Shown: positions 36,230-56,582 of the stretch, piece by piece
Position numbering within the stretch: position 1 is the first letter of the stretch
Layout: the number at the start of each line of letters is the position of its first letter
Position numbers and translations under genes: made by a program
From: Macrostomum lignano
Taxonomy: Eukaryota
Direction of reading: 5' to 3'
Assembly: GCA_002269645.1 (NCBI GenBank)
Contig: NIVC01000068.1
Location: 620,001-684,000 of the forward strand
DNA: 64,000 nt
The notes under the pieces: generated by a model
Told to the model about the DNA's origin: nothing
The model's database searches: none
The model's input: only the letters and a program-made list of their open reading frames with translations

Positions 36230-38558
36230 ATGGCCTGGCGCAGCTCCGGCAGCTCTCACGAGCAGCTGATCAGTCGGCTAGCAAAAAATGGCATCCTCCG
36301 TTCGCCAGCTGTTGAAGCCGCAATGCGTCGAGTTGATCGAGCAAATTTTGTCCTACCTGGCACGAAGGCCTACGAAGATTCGCCGCAGGGCATTGGCTAC
36401 GGGGTGACCATCTCCGCTCCTCACATGCACGCCCACGCTCTCGAGGTTCTGTCGCACCAGCTGACTAAACCTGCAGCTCGGGTACTCGATGTTGGCTCCG
36501 GCTCCGGCTATTTAACCGCTTGCATGGCTGAGCTGGTTGCAGAGTCTGGCGGAAAAGTTGTCGGCATCGATCATATTGAATCTCTGGTTCGTTTGAATTT
36601 AAATTTTGCTTTTTTAATCGACTCTGTATCTTTTAGCTTACTTACAGTAGCAATATTAGCACACTAAAGGAATTATTTACTTAGATCTGTTAAAAATGAC
36701 GCAAGAAATTTATAATTTCTGGCAGGTTCGACAGTCGGTTGAAAATCTGCGAAAATCTCCGCTCACGTCGCGTCGCCTTGACGACGGCATCATCACCATG
36801 GTTACGGGTGACGGCCGATTGGGCTACCCAGAGGCCGGTCCCTACGATGCGATTCACGTCGGCGCAGCGGCCAATCCGATTCCGCAGGTTTGAAGACAAT
36901 CTGAATTGTTTATATTTTAAGGGTTTAATCTGCTGTTAAATTTATTTTTACATTGTTGAATGGCTTAGATTGCTATTATATAAAATCTTGATTGCCATTT
37001 CTAAAACATGGAGTGCCATTATCTGAAACCTAGAGTGCCATTATCTGAAACCTGTAGTGTCATTATCTAAAATCTAGAGAGCCATTATCTGAAATCTGGA
37101 GTGCCATTATCTAAAACCTAGAGTGCCATTATCTGAAACCTTTAGTGTCATCATCTAAAACCTGTAGCGTTATTATCCAAAAATCTGGAGTGCAATCATC
37201 TAAAATCTGGAGTGCCATTATCCAAAATCTGGAGTGCCATTATCTAAAATCTGGAGTGCCATTATCTGAAACCTGTAGTGTCATCTAAAATATGTAGTGC
37301 CATTATCTAAAATATGTAGTGCCATTATCTAAAATATGTAGTGCCATTATCTAAAACCTAAAGTGCCATTATCTAAAACCTAAAGTGCCATTATCTGAAA
37401 TCTGGAGTGCCATTATCTGAAATCTGGAATGCCATTATCTAAAATCTGGAGTGCCATTATCCAAAATCTGGAGTGCCATTATCTGAAATCTGGAGTGCCA
37501 TTATCTAGAACCTAGAGTGCCATTATCCAAAATCTGGAGTGCCATTATCTAAAATCTGGAGTGCCATTATCTAAAATCTAAAGTGCCATTATCCAAAATC
37601 TGGAGTGCCATTATCTAAAATCTGGAGTGCCATTATCCAAAATCTGGAGTGCCATTATCTAAAATCTGGAGTGCCATTATCCAAAATCTGGAGTGCCATT
37701 ATCTAGAACCTAGAGTGCCATTATCTGAAATCTGGAGTGCCATTATCTAAAATCTGGAGTGCCATTATCTAAAATCTGGAGTGCCATTATCTAAAACCTG
37801 TAGTGCCATTATCTAAAATCTGGAGTGCCATTATCTAAAATCTGGAGTGCCATTATCTAAAATCTGGAGTGCCATTATCTAAAATCTGGAGTGCCATTAT
37901 CTAAAATCTAAAGTGCCATTATCTAAAATCTGGAGTGCCATTATCTAAAATCTAAAGTGCCATTATCCAAAATCTGGAGTGCCATTATCTAGAACCTAGA
38001 GTGCGATTATCTGAAACCTGTAGTGCCATTATCTAAAATCTGGAGTGCCATTATCTAAAATCTGGAGTGCCATTATCTGACACCTGTAGTACCATTATCT
38101 AAAATCGGTGGTGTCATTATCTAAAATCTGGAGAGCCATTATCTAAAACCTAGAGTGCCATTATCTAAAATCTGGAGTGCCATTATCCAAAATCTGGAGT
38201 GCCATTATCTAAAATCTGGAGTGCCATTATCTAAAACCTGCAGCGTCATCATCTGTAGTCGCTGTAATTTCAAAACAAAATAAGTAATGCTTATGTTCTC
38301 TTAACTCTTGCTAACAGCTATTCAAAACTGCCTCAGATTTCATGTTGAAACTTTATGCAACAATTTTCAAAGGCCCTGATTGATCAGCTGAAGGCTGGCG
38401 GCAGGCTGGTTTGTCCCGAAGGTCCCGCCGGCGGCAGTCAGTCGCTAATGCAGATCGACAAACTGCCAGACGGATCGGTGAGGCGCGAGAGTCTGATGGG
38501 CGTGATATACGTGCCGCTCACGGACAAGAGGGCTCAGTGGAGCAAGGAGGACCTGTGA
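36230..38558 (+). CDS. PCMT1: protein-L-isoaspartate(D-aspartate) O-methyltransferase
   Basis: Exons 36230-36586, 36726-36887 and 38373-38558. Motifs: [57 protein letters not shown]. Confidence 0.97.
37005..38245. repeat. 22-bp minisatellite (ggagtgccattatctaaaatct), about 55 copies
   Basis: Fills PCMT intron 2. Confidence 0.95.
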
Positions 38559-38789
38559 CTCTGTTCAGTCCTGCGTGTTCATGCTGTGTTTTGTCAGTGT
38601 GTTCAGTCACTAATTAAACTGTCATGCTTACCTAATCACGTCATGCTGTCATATATTTTATGATTTTCCTTTTAAAAACTTGTAAATAAGGGCCAATTTG
38701 TGTGTTACAATAATATTACAGCATACTTGTAATTGCATTTAGACAGCGGGGCTCATCAGTTTTTGTATTTCCCAAACAGCTTTAACCCT

Positions 38790-39320
38790 GAAACCATTCT
38801 TAGAATTGTTAATTTCCATTCTCAGAAAGCCCTGCAACCATTCTCAGAAAGCCCTAAAACCATTCTCAGAAAGTCCTAAAACTATTCTTAGAAAGTCCTA
38901 AAACCATTCTTAGAAAGTCCTAAAACTATTCTTAGAAAGTCCTAAAACCATTCTCAGAAAGTCCTAAAACTATTCTTAGAAAGTCCTAAAACCATTCTTA
39001 GAAAGCCCTAAAGCCATTCTTAGAAATCGCCCTAAAACCATTCTTAGAAATCGCCCTAAAACCATTCTTAGAAATCGCCCTAATACCATTCTTAAAAATC
39101 GCCCTAAAACCATTCTTAGAAATCGCCCTAATACCATTCTTAGAAATCGCCCTAATACCATTCTTAAAAATCGCCCTAAAACCATTCTTAGAAATCGCCC
39201 TAATACCATTCTTAAAAATCGCCCTAAAACCATTCTTAGAAATCGCCCTAAAACCATTCTTAGAAAGTCTAAATGCTATTCTTTAAAAGCCGAAAACCAT
39301 TCTTAGAAATCCCTAAATTA
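38790..39320. repeat. 23/24-bp minisatellite (aaaaccattcttagaaatcgccct)
   Basis: 3' flank of PCMT. Confidence 0.9.
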
Positions 39321-39901
39321 CTGGAAAGCCAGATGAGATAATATAAATTGCCCACACAATGAATGCTATTGAAGGTATCGATAAAACATTTTTGAGTGTC
39401 ATTACAAACTTCTGTCAGTTATAAACTGTTTATTTATATAATGTCAAAACTAACAAAAGCTCGTATTGTAAATTTCTGATAACTTTTTCCATCTACTGTC
39501 AGTAGTATGGTTTGCGCATTCACTGCTTATTTTCATCAGTCCATTCTGTTCTGGTATTTGTCTTCCTTTTTTCACTTTGAAACAATTTCAAACGTTTCAT
39601 TTTTTCGAAAATTTATGAGCAAGTTCTCATTGAATGAGCATACTTTGGGTAATTTATTTCATATGTTATCGCGAAATAAATTTGTCTATAACAAGCTTCT
39701 TGTCAAATCTTATTCATCACTTGTACCTCGACCCTTAACAAGAAAATATTTGGTCATTTTTGTTGGTGTTATTCAATTGTTTATTTTACTCCTTAAACCT
39801 TGGAATAGTTTAGGTTTAGATAAATTTCTGCTTCAGTGTAGCAGAAAGCAGCCAGTCACTCCTCTGGTCACTCCATCATTCACTTACCTAGTCGCTCAAC
39901 T

Positions 39902-40515
39902 GGTCAGTCAGTCAGTGAGTCAGTCAGTCAGTGAGTCAGTCAGTCAGTCAGTCAGTCAGTCAGTCAATCAGTCAGTCAGTCAGTCAGTCAGTCAGTCAGT
40001 CAGTCAGTCAGTCAGTCAGTCAGTCAGTCAGTCAGTCAATCAGTCAGTCAGTCAGTCAGTCAATCAGTGAGTCAGTCAATCAGTCAGTCAGTCAGTCAGT
40101 CAGTCAGTTGAGTCAGTCAGTCAGTCAGTCAATCAGTGAGTCAGTCAGTCAGTGAGTCAATCAGTCAGTCAGTCAGTCAGTCAGTCAGTCAGTCAGTCAG
40201 TCAGTCAGTCAGTCAGTCAGTCAGTCAGTCAGTCAGTCAGTGAGTCAGTCAGTCAGTCAGTCAATCAGTGAGTCAGTCAGTCAGTGAGTCAGTCAGTCAG
40301 TGAGTCAGTCAGTGAGTCAGTCAGTGAGTCAGTCAATCAGTGAGTCAGTCAATCAGTGAGTCAGTCAGTCAGTCAGTCAGTGAGTCAGTCAATCAGTGAG
40401 TCAGTGAGTCAGTCAGTCAGTCAGTCAGTCAGTCAATCAGTCAGTCAGTCAGTCAGTCAGTGAGTCAATCAGTGAGTCAGTCAGCCAGTCAGTCAGCCAG
40501 CCAGTCAGTCAGCTA
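39902..40515. repeat. (CAGT)n microsatellite
   Basis: Lies between the convergent PCMT and synaptotagmin-like 3' ends. Confidence 0.95.
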
Positions 40516-40628
40516 GTCTGTAACTCGACATTAATGTTTATAATAATCTAACTATATAAGCGAAGCTCACTAGTAAGCAGCAGTGCTGTCAGTACAGGTG
40601 TTGAGTATTTGGAATTGCAAGTCACACA

Positions 40629-46553
<5,925 letters not shown>

Positions 46554-46559
46554 TCATCC

Positions 46560-46800
46560 AATCGGAAGCTCCTGACGGGTTGCATGAGAGTTCATACTCC
46601 CGTATGTCAGTACAATGCACATCTATGCTCAGCATGAACAGCTGGTGCTGCTCCTTAAGTGTCTGTCATCTTGGTGACTCGATCCACGATATTGAAAGTG
46701 GAGCGCAGCAGGCCAGGGGTCTGTCAGCGTCCAGATCTCGGCGTTGTAAAGCGGAATGGTCTTATTTGATTGCAGTTTGGAATAACAGTGCCCTCTGGCG
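46560..46800 (-). mobile_element. RTE-like LINE reverse-transcriptase C-terminal relic
   Basis: [12 protein letters not shown] followed by FNIVDRVT-like residues; typical of the post-RT region. Confidence 0.45.
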
Positions 46801-46854
46801 GTCAGGTGGGCCTGGGACTGCAGGACGAGAGGCGGTTGGCAGGGCTCTCGCACC

Positions 46855-47545
<691 letters not shown>

Positions 47546-48269
47546 CGGCAGTAACCAAATAAATCAAAAGCAGGCGAAAATGCATGTATGTTCCGGTGCC
47601 TTCATACAACAAGTATGAAGTATAAATAGCGAAATAAAATTAATAACATATAAAGAACATTGATTAATAATAATAACAATAAATCAAAATTATATTTTAA
47701 TAACTGTAATCAGAAGACGTACATACTCTTGTATTGTTAGATCTAGAACAACATTTTTGGGGAATGACAGACAAGATTAAAAAAGCAGTGAGAACGCGAC
47801 AGTTGCACATTTCTGTTGAGTATATTGAGTGCATACTACTGGGATAGCGGCGCCATCTACTTTAAGCAAGTAGAATAGAACGAAAATTGCTAGCAAAATC
47901 ATGCCATTATTTTCAAACCCCGCTGGCAATGCAGAACTGCGCGAACAAGAACTACAACTGTATAAATTTTGGTATTGTAAGCCAAGGCTCAATACAAGCT
48001 GAAATTATAACAACAGTAAAAAAACTGATCTCGTGTACAAACAGTAGAAAAACGCAGGCTCCAGTTAAAACAAAACTACGCAATTAGAAATGGTTGCCGA
48101 TTATAAAAATATAAGCCGAATTTGAAATTCTAAACTTTGTAAACTTTAATTTACTTACATTGTTAAATTATAGAGTGTTCAGAAGCTGGGGTCTCATCTT
48201 GAACTTCTTTATCTAAGGGGAGTAGTTCTGACAAGGTTAGTAGTGTAAAATTTAGGGGATGTGGGGTGG

Positions 48270-49380
48270 CTAGGAGGCATGTACATTGAAAAGGAGTGGG
48301 GTTGCTAGGGGTTAGTTGTGGGTAGGGGGAATGTACATTGAAGGGGTGTGGGGTTGCTGGGGCTGGGGGCATGTACATTGAAGTGGAGTGGGGTGGCTAG
48401 GGGCATGTAGATTGAAGTGGAGTGGGGTGGCTAGGGGCATGTACATTGAAGTGGAGTGGCTAGGGGGCATGTACATTGAAGTGGAGTGGCTAGGGGCATG
48501 TACATTGAAGTGGAGTGGCTAGGGGGCATGTACATTGAAGTGGAGTGCGGTGGCTAGGGGGCAAGTACATTGAAGTGGAGTGGGGTGGCTAGGGGGCAAG
48601 TACATCGAAGTGGAGTGCGGTGGCTAGGGGGCAAGTACATTGAAGTGGAGTGGGGTGGCTAGGGGCAAGTACATTGAAGTGGAGTGCGGTGGCTAGGGGG
48701 CATGTACATTGAAGTGGAGTGCGGTGGCTAGGGGGCAAGTACATTGAAGTGGAGTGGGGTGGCTAGGGGGCAAGTACATCGAAGTGGAGTGCGGTGGCTA
48801 GGGGGCATGTACATTGAAGTGGAGTGCGGTGGCTAGGGGGCAAGTACATTGAAGTGGAGTGGGGTGGCTAGGGGGCAAGTACATTGAAGTGGAGTGGGGT
48901 GGCTAGGGGGCAAGTACATCGAAGTGGAGTGCGGTGGCTAGGGGGCAAGTACATTGAAGTGGAGTGCGGTGGCTAGGGGGCAAGTACATTGAAGTGGAGT
49001 GGGGTGGCTAGGGGGCAAGTACATTGAAGTGGAGTGCGGTGGCTAGGGGGCATGTACATTGAAGTGGAGTGCGGTGGCTAGGGGGCAAGTACATTGAAGT
49101 GGAGTGGGGTGGCTAGGGGGCAAGTACATTGAAGTGGAGTGCGGTGGCTAGGGGGCAAGTACATTGAAGTGGAGTGCGGTGGCTAGGGGGCAAGTACATT
49201 GAAGTGGAGTGCGGTGGCTAGGGGGCAAGTACATTGAAGTGGAGTGCGGTGGCTAGGGGGCAAGTACATTGAAGTGGAGTGCGGTGGCTAGGGGGCAAGT
49301 ACATTGAAGTGGAGTGCGGTGGCTAGGGGGCAAGTACATTGAAGTGGAGTGGGGTGGCTAGGGGACATGTACACTGTAAG
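48270..49380. repeat. 35-bp G-rich minisatellite (gggggcaagtacattgaagtggagtgcggtggcta), about 30 copies
   Basis: Direct reading of the sequence. Confidence 0.93.
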
Positions 49381-49944
49381 CTAGATTTCCACCCTCCGAT
49401 ATGAGATTTTATAGATTTCTAAACACATATTGCATTTTGATAAAAAAACTAGGCTGGGTAAAAGCTGAGATTAGAAACTCTTAATAGACAACAAAAGGCG
49501 GTAAAATACAAAATACAAATGGCTACAGAGGCAAGTATATGTACATATAATAATTATTATAGCATAAAAGCAACTATACAAAAATATTTCATTGTGTGCT
49601 ACAAACTTTACTGTTCTAAAACTATACACCGAACAGACTATACTATACTACTATAAGTGTGAAACAACGCATTACGTAGTACGCGTTCTATAAAAGAATG
49701 TGTAATTTTTACTTTCAATTCCGTTCAAAACTGCGTTACAAACGTAACAATGGGAACTATTAATTTAGGCAGGTAATACACCTATTGCTGCTGCACTGCT
49801 GCGATAGCTGTGACTAGAATGAATATAGAATATTATTATATGGATAGTGGTGTAAGAGAAGCATGTACTTTTATATTGTGATTTAACAAAATACGAGCTA
49901 TGGTTACACGAAACTGAAAACAAGTTAGAACATTGAGAAGAAAT

Positions 49945-50566
49945 GTCTCAGACATGTGTCACTCAGTGTGTCTCTTAGACATGTGTCACTCAGTGTGTCT
50001 CTTATACATGTGTCACTCAGTGTGTCTCTTAGACATGTGTCACTCAGTGTGTCTCTTAGACATGTGTCACTCAGTGTGTCTCTTATACATGTGTCACTCA
50101 GTGTGTCTCTTAGACATGTGTCACTCAGTGTGTCTCTTAGACATGTGTCACTCAGTGTGTCTCTTAGACATGTGTCACTCAGTGTGTCTCTTAGACATGT
50201 GTCACTCAGTGTGTCTCTTAGACATGTGTCACTCAGTGTGTCTCTTAGACATGTGTCACTCAGTGTGTCGCTTATACATGTGTCACTCAGTGTGTCTCTT
50301 AGACATGTGTCACTCAGTGTGTCTCTTAGACATGTGTCACTTAGTGTGTCTCTTATTCTTATACATGTGTCACTCAGTGTGTCTCTTATACATGTGTCAC
50401 TCAGTGTGTCTCTTATACATGTGTCACTCAGTGTGTCTCTTAGACATGTGTCACTCAGTGTGTCTCTTAGACAGGTGTCACTCAGTGTGTCTCTTAGACA
50501 TGTGTCACTCAGTGTGTCTCTTATACATGTGTCACTCAGTGTGTCTCTTAGACATGTGTCACTCAA
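49945..50566. repeat. 27-bp minisatellite (catgtgtcactcagtgtgtctcttaga), about 23 copies
   Basis: 3' flank of PIP4K2. Confidence 0.95.
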
Positions 50567-50863
50567 TGCCTTTTAAGAACGAAAACTAAAAAAACGCAGG
50601 AAAAATGTTAAAGCCAAAAGCAACAACGCGAATGGTCAAAAAAGTTTTGTGCAAATCGAATTTCATCAAAAAGCTACGGATATTGGGTATGGTAAAAGCT
50701 ACTGGTGCAGGTAAAAATGTTGTACATAATCTTGTGATCCAGCAACTCTACACATTTATTTAAAAGAAGTCAAATTGAATAAAAACACTCACAGATCTGA
50801 TGGTGAATTTGCTAACTAAACCGATGACTTACAGCATGCAAATAAAATATAATATTCTCAACC

Positions 50864-53800
50864 TTACTCAATGCAAGCGTCGATAAATTCAAGGAATCGT
50901 CTGGCATAGACCTCGGGTCGAACTGTGCTCAGCTGATTCTCATTATTGTAGCCGTGCTTCATCGATTTGTAGGTTTGAGCAGTTCTCTTGCGCACACCGT
51001 AGCTGGTGAGTATGTCTATTATGCCCAGGAAGTACACCAGCTGCCGACTGGATGACTGCACGCCGTACCTGCAGTTGCATTTGACATTGCTGATGTCCAT
51101 TGTCACTGGCTCACCCACACACCATTCACAGGCTGTTTCACCCACTATGCACCATTCACAGGCTGTTTCACCCACACACACCATTCACAGGCGGTCACAC
51201 TCACCCACACAGCATTCACAGGCCTTATTCACTCCCGCTTTAAATCACCTTTCAAAAACTGGATCGAGATTTCCTAGAAAGGCGGAATAACGAAACGAAC
51301 GACCGGGCTCCAAGCCGCTTCCGCCGCTCTCGCCGCCGCCCTCTCCCATAGCACTCGGACTCTCCGGCGATGCACCGTCGCCGCCAAACACGACTTCATC
51401 GTCGCCGCTGTCTTCAGGCACCGGTTGAAGAGCTGCGGCAGCGGCGGCCGCTGCCGACGGAGGCGACACCGCGGCGCCTTCGTTCCCAGACCCAAGTCCG
51501 GCGTCGTCCTCAGCCTCTGGATCGTCTTCGAAACCGCCGCCGATCTGCAGGTCGTGAATGCCAATGAGCAGCGAATAATCCATGAGATTATTGCGCTGGA
51601 GAAAGTCGACATCGGCACTGAGCGTGCGTAACAGGCGATGTTTCTGCGACTCGCCAATGCTGATTCGCTCTTTGGTGTTGATAAAATCGACGTCTTTGTA
51701 AGTTGGCAGCTCCTTGCTGCGCTCCTTCTCGCTGGCCTCCCGGTCGATCGTGCTGCCCTTCAGGTCGTATTTGCGGTGGATCTTCAGGCGGGGACTGAAT
51801 ACGCAGCTGCGGATTTGGAAGTGAAATTATGGGAGTGACACCTTGAGGAAGAGTGAAATTATAGGCACATTGAGGAAGAGTGACATTATGAGAGTGACAC
51901 CTTGAGGAAGAGTGACATTATGAGAGTGACACCTTGAGAAAGAGTGACATTATGGGAGTGAAACCTTGAGGAAGAGTGACATTATGGGAGTGACACCTTG
52001 AGGAAGAGTGACATTATGGGAGTGAAACCTTGAGGAAGAGTGACATTATGAGAGTGACACCTTGAGGAAGGTTGACATTATGGGAGTGAAACCTTGAGGA
52101 AGAGTGACATTATGAGAGTGACACCTTGAGGAAGAGTGACATTATGGGAGTGAAACCTTGAGGAAGAGTGACATTATGGGAGTGAAACCTTGAGGAAGAG
52201 TGACATTATGAGAGTGACACCTTGAGGAAGAGTGAAATTATGAGAGTGACATCTTGTAGAAGAGTGACATTATGACAGTGAAACCTTGAGGAAGAGTGAC
52301 AATGAGAGTGGCACTTTGAGTAAGAGTTACAACGTAGGAGTGACATCTTGAGGAAGAGTGACATTATGACAGTGACACCTTGAGAAAGGGTGACAATGAG
52401 AGTGGCACTTGAGTAAGAGTGACAACGTAGGAGTGATATTGAGAGTGGCACTTTGAGTAAGAGTGACAACGTAGGAGTGACACCTTGAGAAAGATCTTGT
52501 AGGCCAAGTTTTTATTGGTATGAAACTTTAAAAAATAGCTATGCAAGAATTATACCTAATGCAGGTTAACTTACCGAGTAACTAGCATATAATATTCGGT
52601 GTCTTCTACGGTGGCCCGGTACATGCCCAGGTACTGGGGCAGCAGTGTGGAGGCGCCGCACTCCACTATGTAGCCGTGATAGGCCTGGTGGAAAGAAATT
52701 TGGAAAATTATTCTAATATTTATTGTCATGCCTTTGGAGCATTTACTGATGTTAACTGGATATATATCTGATAACTGGTAAATCACTTGAATCTTATCAG
52801 CCGACCGACAGATAATTGGCCTCTTTGATCTTATCAGCTGACCGACAATTGGCCTCTTTGATCTTATCAGCTGACCGACAATTGGCCTCTTTGATCTTAT
52901 CAGCTGACCGATAGATAATTGGCCTCATTGATCTTATCAGTTAACCGACAGAAAATTGGCCTCATTGATCTTATCAGTTAGCCGATAGATAATTGGCCTC
53001 ATTGATCTTATCAGTTAACCGATAGATAATTGGCCTCATTGATCTTATCAGTTAACCGATAGATAATTGGCCTCATTGATCTTATCAGTTAACCGATAGA
53101 TAATTGGCCTCATTGATCTTATCAGTTAACCGATAGATAATTGGCCTCATTGATCTTATCAGTTAACCGACAGATAATTGGCCTCATTGATCTTATCAGT
53201 TAACCGATAGATAATTGGCCTCATTGATCTTATCAGTTAACCGATAGATAATTGGCCTCATTGATCTTATCAGTTAACCGACAGATAATTGGCCTCATTG
53301 ATCTTATCAGTTAACCGACAGATAATTGGCCTCTTTGATCTTATCAGCTGACCGATAATTGGCCTCTTTGATCTCATCAGTTAACCGACAGATAATTGGC
53401 CTCTTTGATCTTATCAGCTGACCGACAATTGGCCTCTTTGATCTTATCAGCTGACCGACAATTGGCCTCTTTGATCTTATCAGCTGACCGATAGATAATT
53501 GGCCTCATTGATCTTATCAGTTAACCGACAGAAAATTGGCCTCATTGATCTTATCAGTTAACCGATAGATAATTGGCCTCATTGATCTTATCAGTTAACC
53601 GATAGATAATTGGCCTCATTGATCTTATCAGTTAACCGACAGATAATTGGCCTCATTGATCTTATCAGTTAACCGATAATTGGCCTCTTTGATCTCATCA
53701 GTTAACCGACAGATAATTGGCCTCTTTGATCTTATCAGCTGACCGATAATTGGCCTCTTTGATCTCATCAGTTAACCGACAGATAATTGGCCTCTTTGAT

Positions 53801-56582
53801 CTTATCAGCTGACAGATAATTGGCCTCATTGATCTTATCAGTTAACCGATAGATAATTGGCCTCATTGATCTTATCAGTTAACCGACAGATAATTGGCCT
53901 CTTTGATCTTATCAGCTGACCGATAATTGGCCTCTTTGATCTCATCAGTTAACCGACAGATAATTGGCCTCTTTGATCTTATCAGCTGACAGATAATTGG
54001 CCTCTTTGATCTTATCAGCTGATCGATAATTGGCCTCTTTGATCTTATCAGTTAACCGATAGATAATTGGCCTCATTGATCTTATCAGTTAACCGATAGA
54101 TAATTGGCCTCATTGATCTTATCAGTTAACCGACAGATAATTGGCCTCATTGATCTTATCAGTTAACCGACAGATAATTGGCCTCATTGATCTTATCAGT
54201 TAACCGACAGATAATTGGCCTCTTTGATCTTATCAGCTGACCGATAATTGGCCTCTTTGATCTCATCAGTTAACCGACAGATAATTGGCCTCTTTGATCT
54301 TATCAGCTGACCGATAATTGGCCTCTTTGATCTTATCAGCTGACCGACAATTGGCCTCATTGATCTCATCAGCTGACCGACAATTGGCCTCATTGATCTC
54401 ATCAGCTGACCGACAATTGGCCTCTTTGATCTCATCAGCTGACCGACAATTGGCCTCTAAATTAAAACCCTTCAAGTCCCTCACCTGCAGAACATGGTGC
54501 ATCTGCTCAACTTCTTCGCTACCAATAGTTTTAATTACATAGTGCCGATTATAAGTGCACAGAAACTTGCTGCTGGACCGGCCCTGAGAAGCGTCGTACT
54601 GAGGTTGGCGTTTAATAAAGCTGTCCAGGTATTCTGTGCGTTCAACGCCGAATTTTGATCGCAAATCGGCAAACACCAGGGGGCAGTACTCCTTGAACTT
54701 GAACTTGCTCGGCATGCTGTCTCTGACACAGGTTTTGTGGCACATAAGGGGCTTCGTTTATGAGATTTCTGAGTTTCTTGTTAACTAATTGCATTAACTT
54801 GGGATTGAAAAAGCTAGAAAAGCAGGGATGTGAAACACAGAAGCAGAGATGTGAAACTCACAGAGACAGAGATGTGAAACACAGAAGCAGAGATGTGAAA
54901 CACAGAATCAGAGATGTGAAACACAAAAGCAGAGATGTGAAACACACAGAAGCAGAGATGTGAAACACAAAAGCAGAGATGCGAAACACAGAAGCAGAAA
55001 TGTGAAACACAAAAGCAGAGATGCAAACACAGAAGCAGAGATGTGAAACACAAAAGCAGAGATGTGAAACACAGAAGCAGAAATGTGAAACACAAAAGCA
55101 GAGATGCAAACACAGAAGCAGAGATGTAAAACACACAGAAGCAGAGATGTGAAACACACAGAAGCAGAGATGTGAAACACACAGAAGCAGAGATGTGAAA
55201 CACAAAAGCAGAGATGTGAAACACACAGAAGCAGAAATGTGAAACACAAAAGCAGAGATGCAAACACAGAAGCAGAGATGTGAAACACACAGAAGCAGAG
55301 ATGTGAAACACAAAAGCAGAGATGTGAAACACACAGAAGCAGAAATGTGAAACACAAAAGCAGAGATGCGAAACACAAAAGCAGAAATGTGAAACACAAA
55401 AGCAGAGATGCAAACACAGAAGCAGAGATGTGAAACACACAGAAGCAGAGATGTGAAACACACAGAAGCAGAGATGTAAAACACACAGCAGATGTGAAAC
55501 ACACAGAAGCAGAAATGTGAAACACAAAAGCAGAGATGCGAAACACAGAAGCAGAAATGTGAAACACAAAAGCAGAGATGCGAAACACAGAAGCAGAGAT
55601 CAGAAAATCTCAGTAAGCAGATGCTAAACACAAAAGCAAAGATTAAAGCCCAAAAAAACAGTACGCCTAAAACAGATTCAAACAATGAAACGAAGCACCC
55701 ATTGAAGAAGCAAAGAACCTATGCAGAAGCAATCAGGAACTGTCAAAGAACAACACGTCTGATTGTGATAGAATACAGAATACGTCGACTCAAAAAGCGG
55801 AACGAAGCACGCTAAACCGTTTTTCAGATACTAATAAAAGCAGCAAGAGGAAGCCATATTGTTCGAGAATCGAGAGACATAGCAAAAAGAAGAGATGATT
55901 TTACTAAGGTATTTTAGCGCATAACATACATTAAGGGTGTGGCCCACAGCTACATAACTCAAAGGACAATTGGTTTAAAATAAATGATCATTCACAATAC
56001 ACATATTGCAGGCTTTTATATGAAACTAATTTTCTAAAACTACTCACTTATTAAACAGATGATTGTCCACCTTGACTTTTAAATTGCTTTTGAAGTCATC
56101 TGGCAGCAGCATTGTTCGCTTGTTGACGTGGTCCAACTGGTCCATCTGTGCTCAGGTTGATAAGGGAACATTTGAAGGTCAACACTACAGTACATCGCGT
56201 TAGGTTGATAAGGGATCATTTGAAGGTCAACACTACAGTACATCGCGTCAGATTGATAAGGGGTTATTTTAAGGTCAACACTACAGTACATGGCGTCAGA
56301 TTGATAAGGGGTCATTTGAAGGTCAACACTACAGTACATCGCATCAGATTTATAAGGGGTTATTTGAAGGTCAACACTACAGTACATCGCGTCAGTTTGA
56401 TAAGGGACCATTTGAAGGTCAACACTACAGTACATCGCGTCAGTCATAATATAAATACTTTTACTCACCGAATAGTTAATGCCCCACATGATGACAGATT
56501 TGAGCGGATCGCTAGCCCGAAACAGCTTCAGTTTCTGGCGAACACCTTTCACTTTTCGACTTTTCTTAACTTGAATCTCCAT
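50864..56582 (-). CDS. PIP4K2: phosphatidylinositol 5-phosphate 4-kinase type 2
   Basis: Exons 56582-56469, 56145-56048, 54722-54485, 52684-52575, 51806-51249 and 51068-50864. Motifs: [52 protein letters not shown]. The activation loop [13 protein letters not shown] has Ala at the type II specificity position. Confidence 0.96.
51825..52492. repeat. 32-bp minisatellite (gaggaagagtgacattatgagagtgacacctt)
   Basis: PIP4K2 intron 4. Confidence 0.9.
52790..54458. repeat. 33/37-bp minisatellite (gataattggcctcattgatcttatcagttaaccgaca), about 46 copies
   Basis: PIP4K2 intron 3. Confidence 0.95.
54825..55600. repeat. 20-22-bp minisatellite (gaagcagagatgtgaaacaca)
   Basis: PIP4K2 intron 2. Confidence 0.93.
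56155..56445. repeat. 48-bp repeat (gataagggg...gaaggtcaacactacagtacatcgcgtca), about 6 copies
   Basis: Fills PIP4K2 intron 1. Confidence 0.9.

Noticed and set aside
56079-56582. Read-through of PIP4K2 intron 1 as a 16-aa repeat insertion
   Set aside because: The intron is 323 nt (not a multiple of 3), so retention shifts exon 2 out of frame; the canonical splice restores the conserved LLPDDFK.
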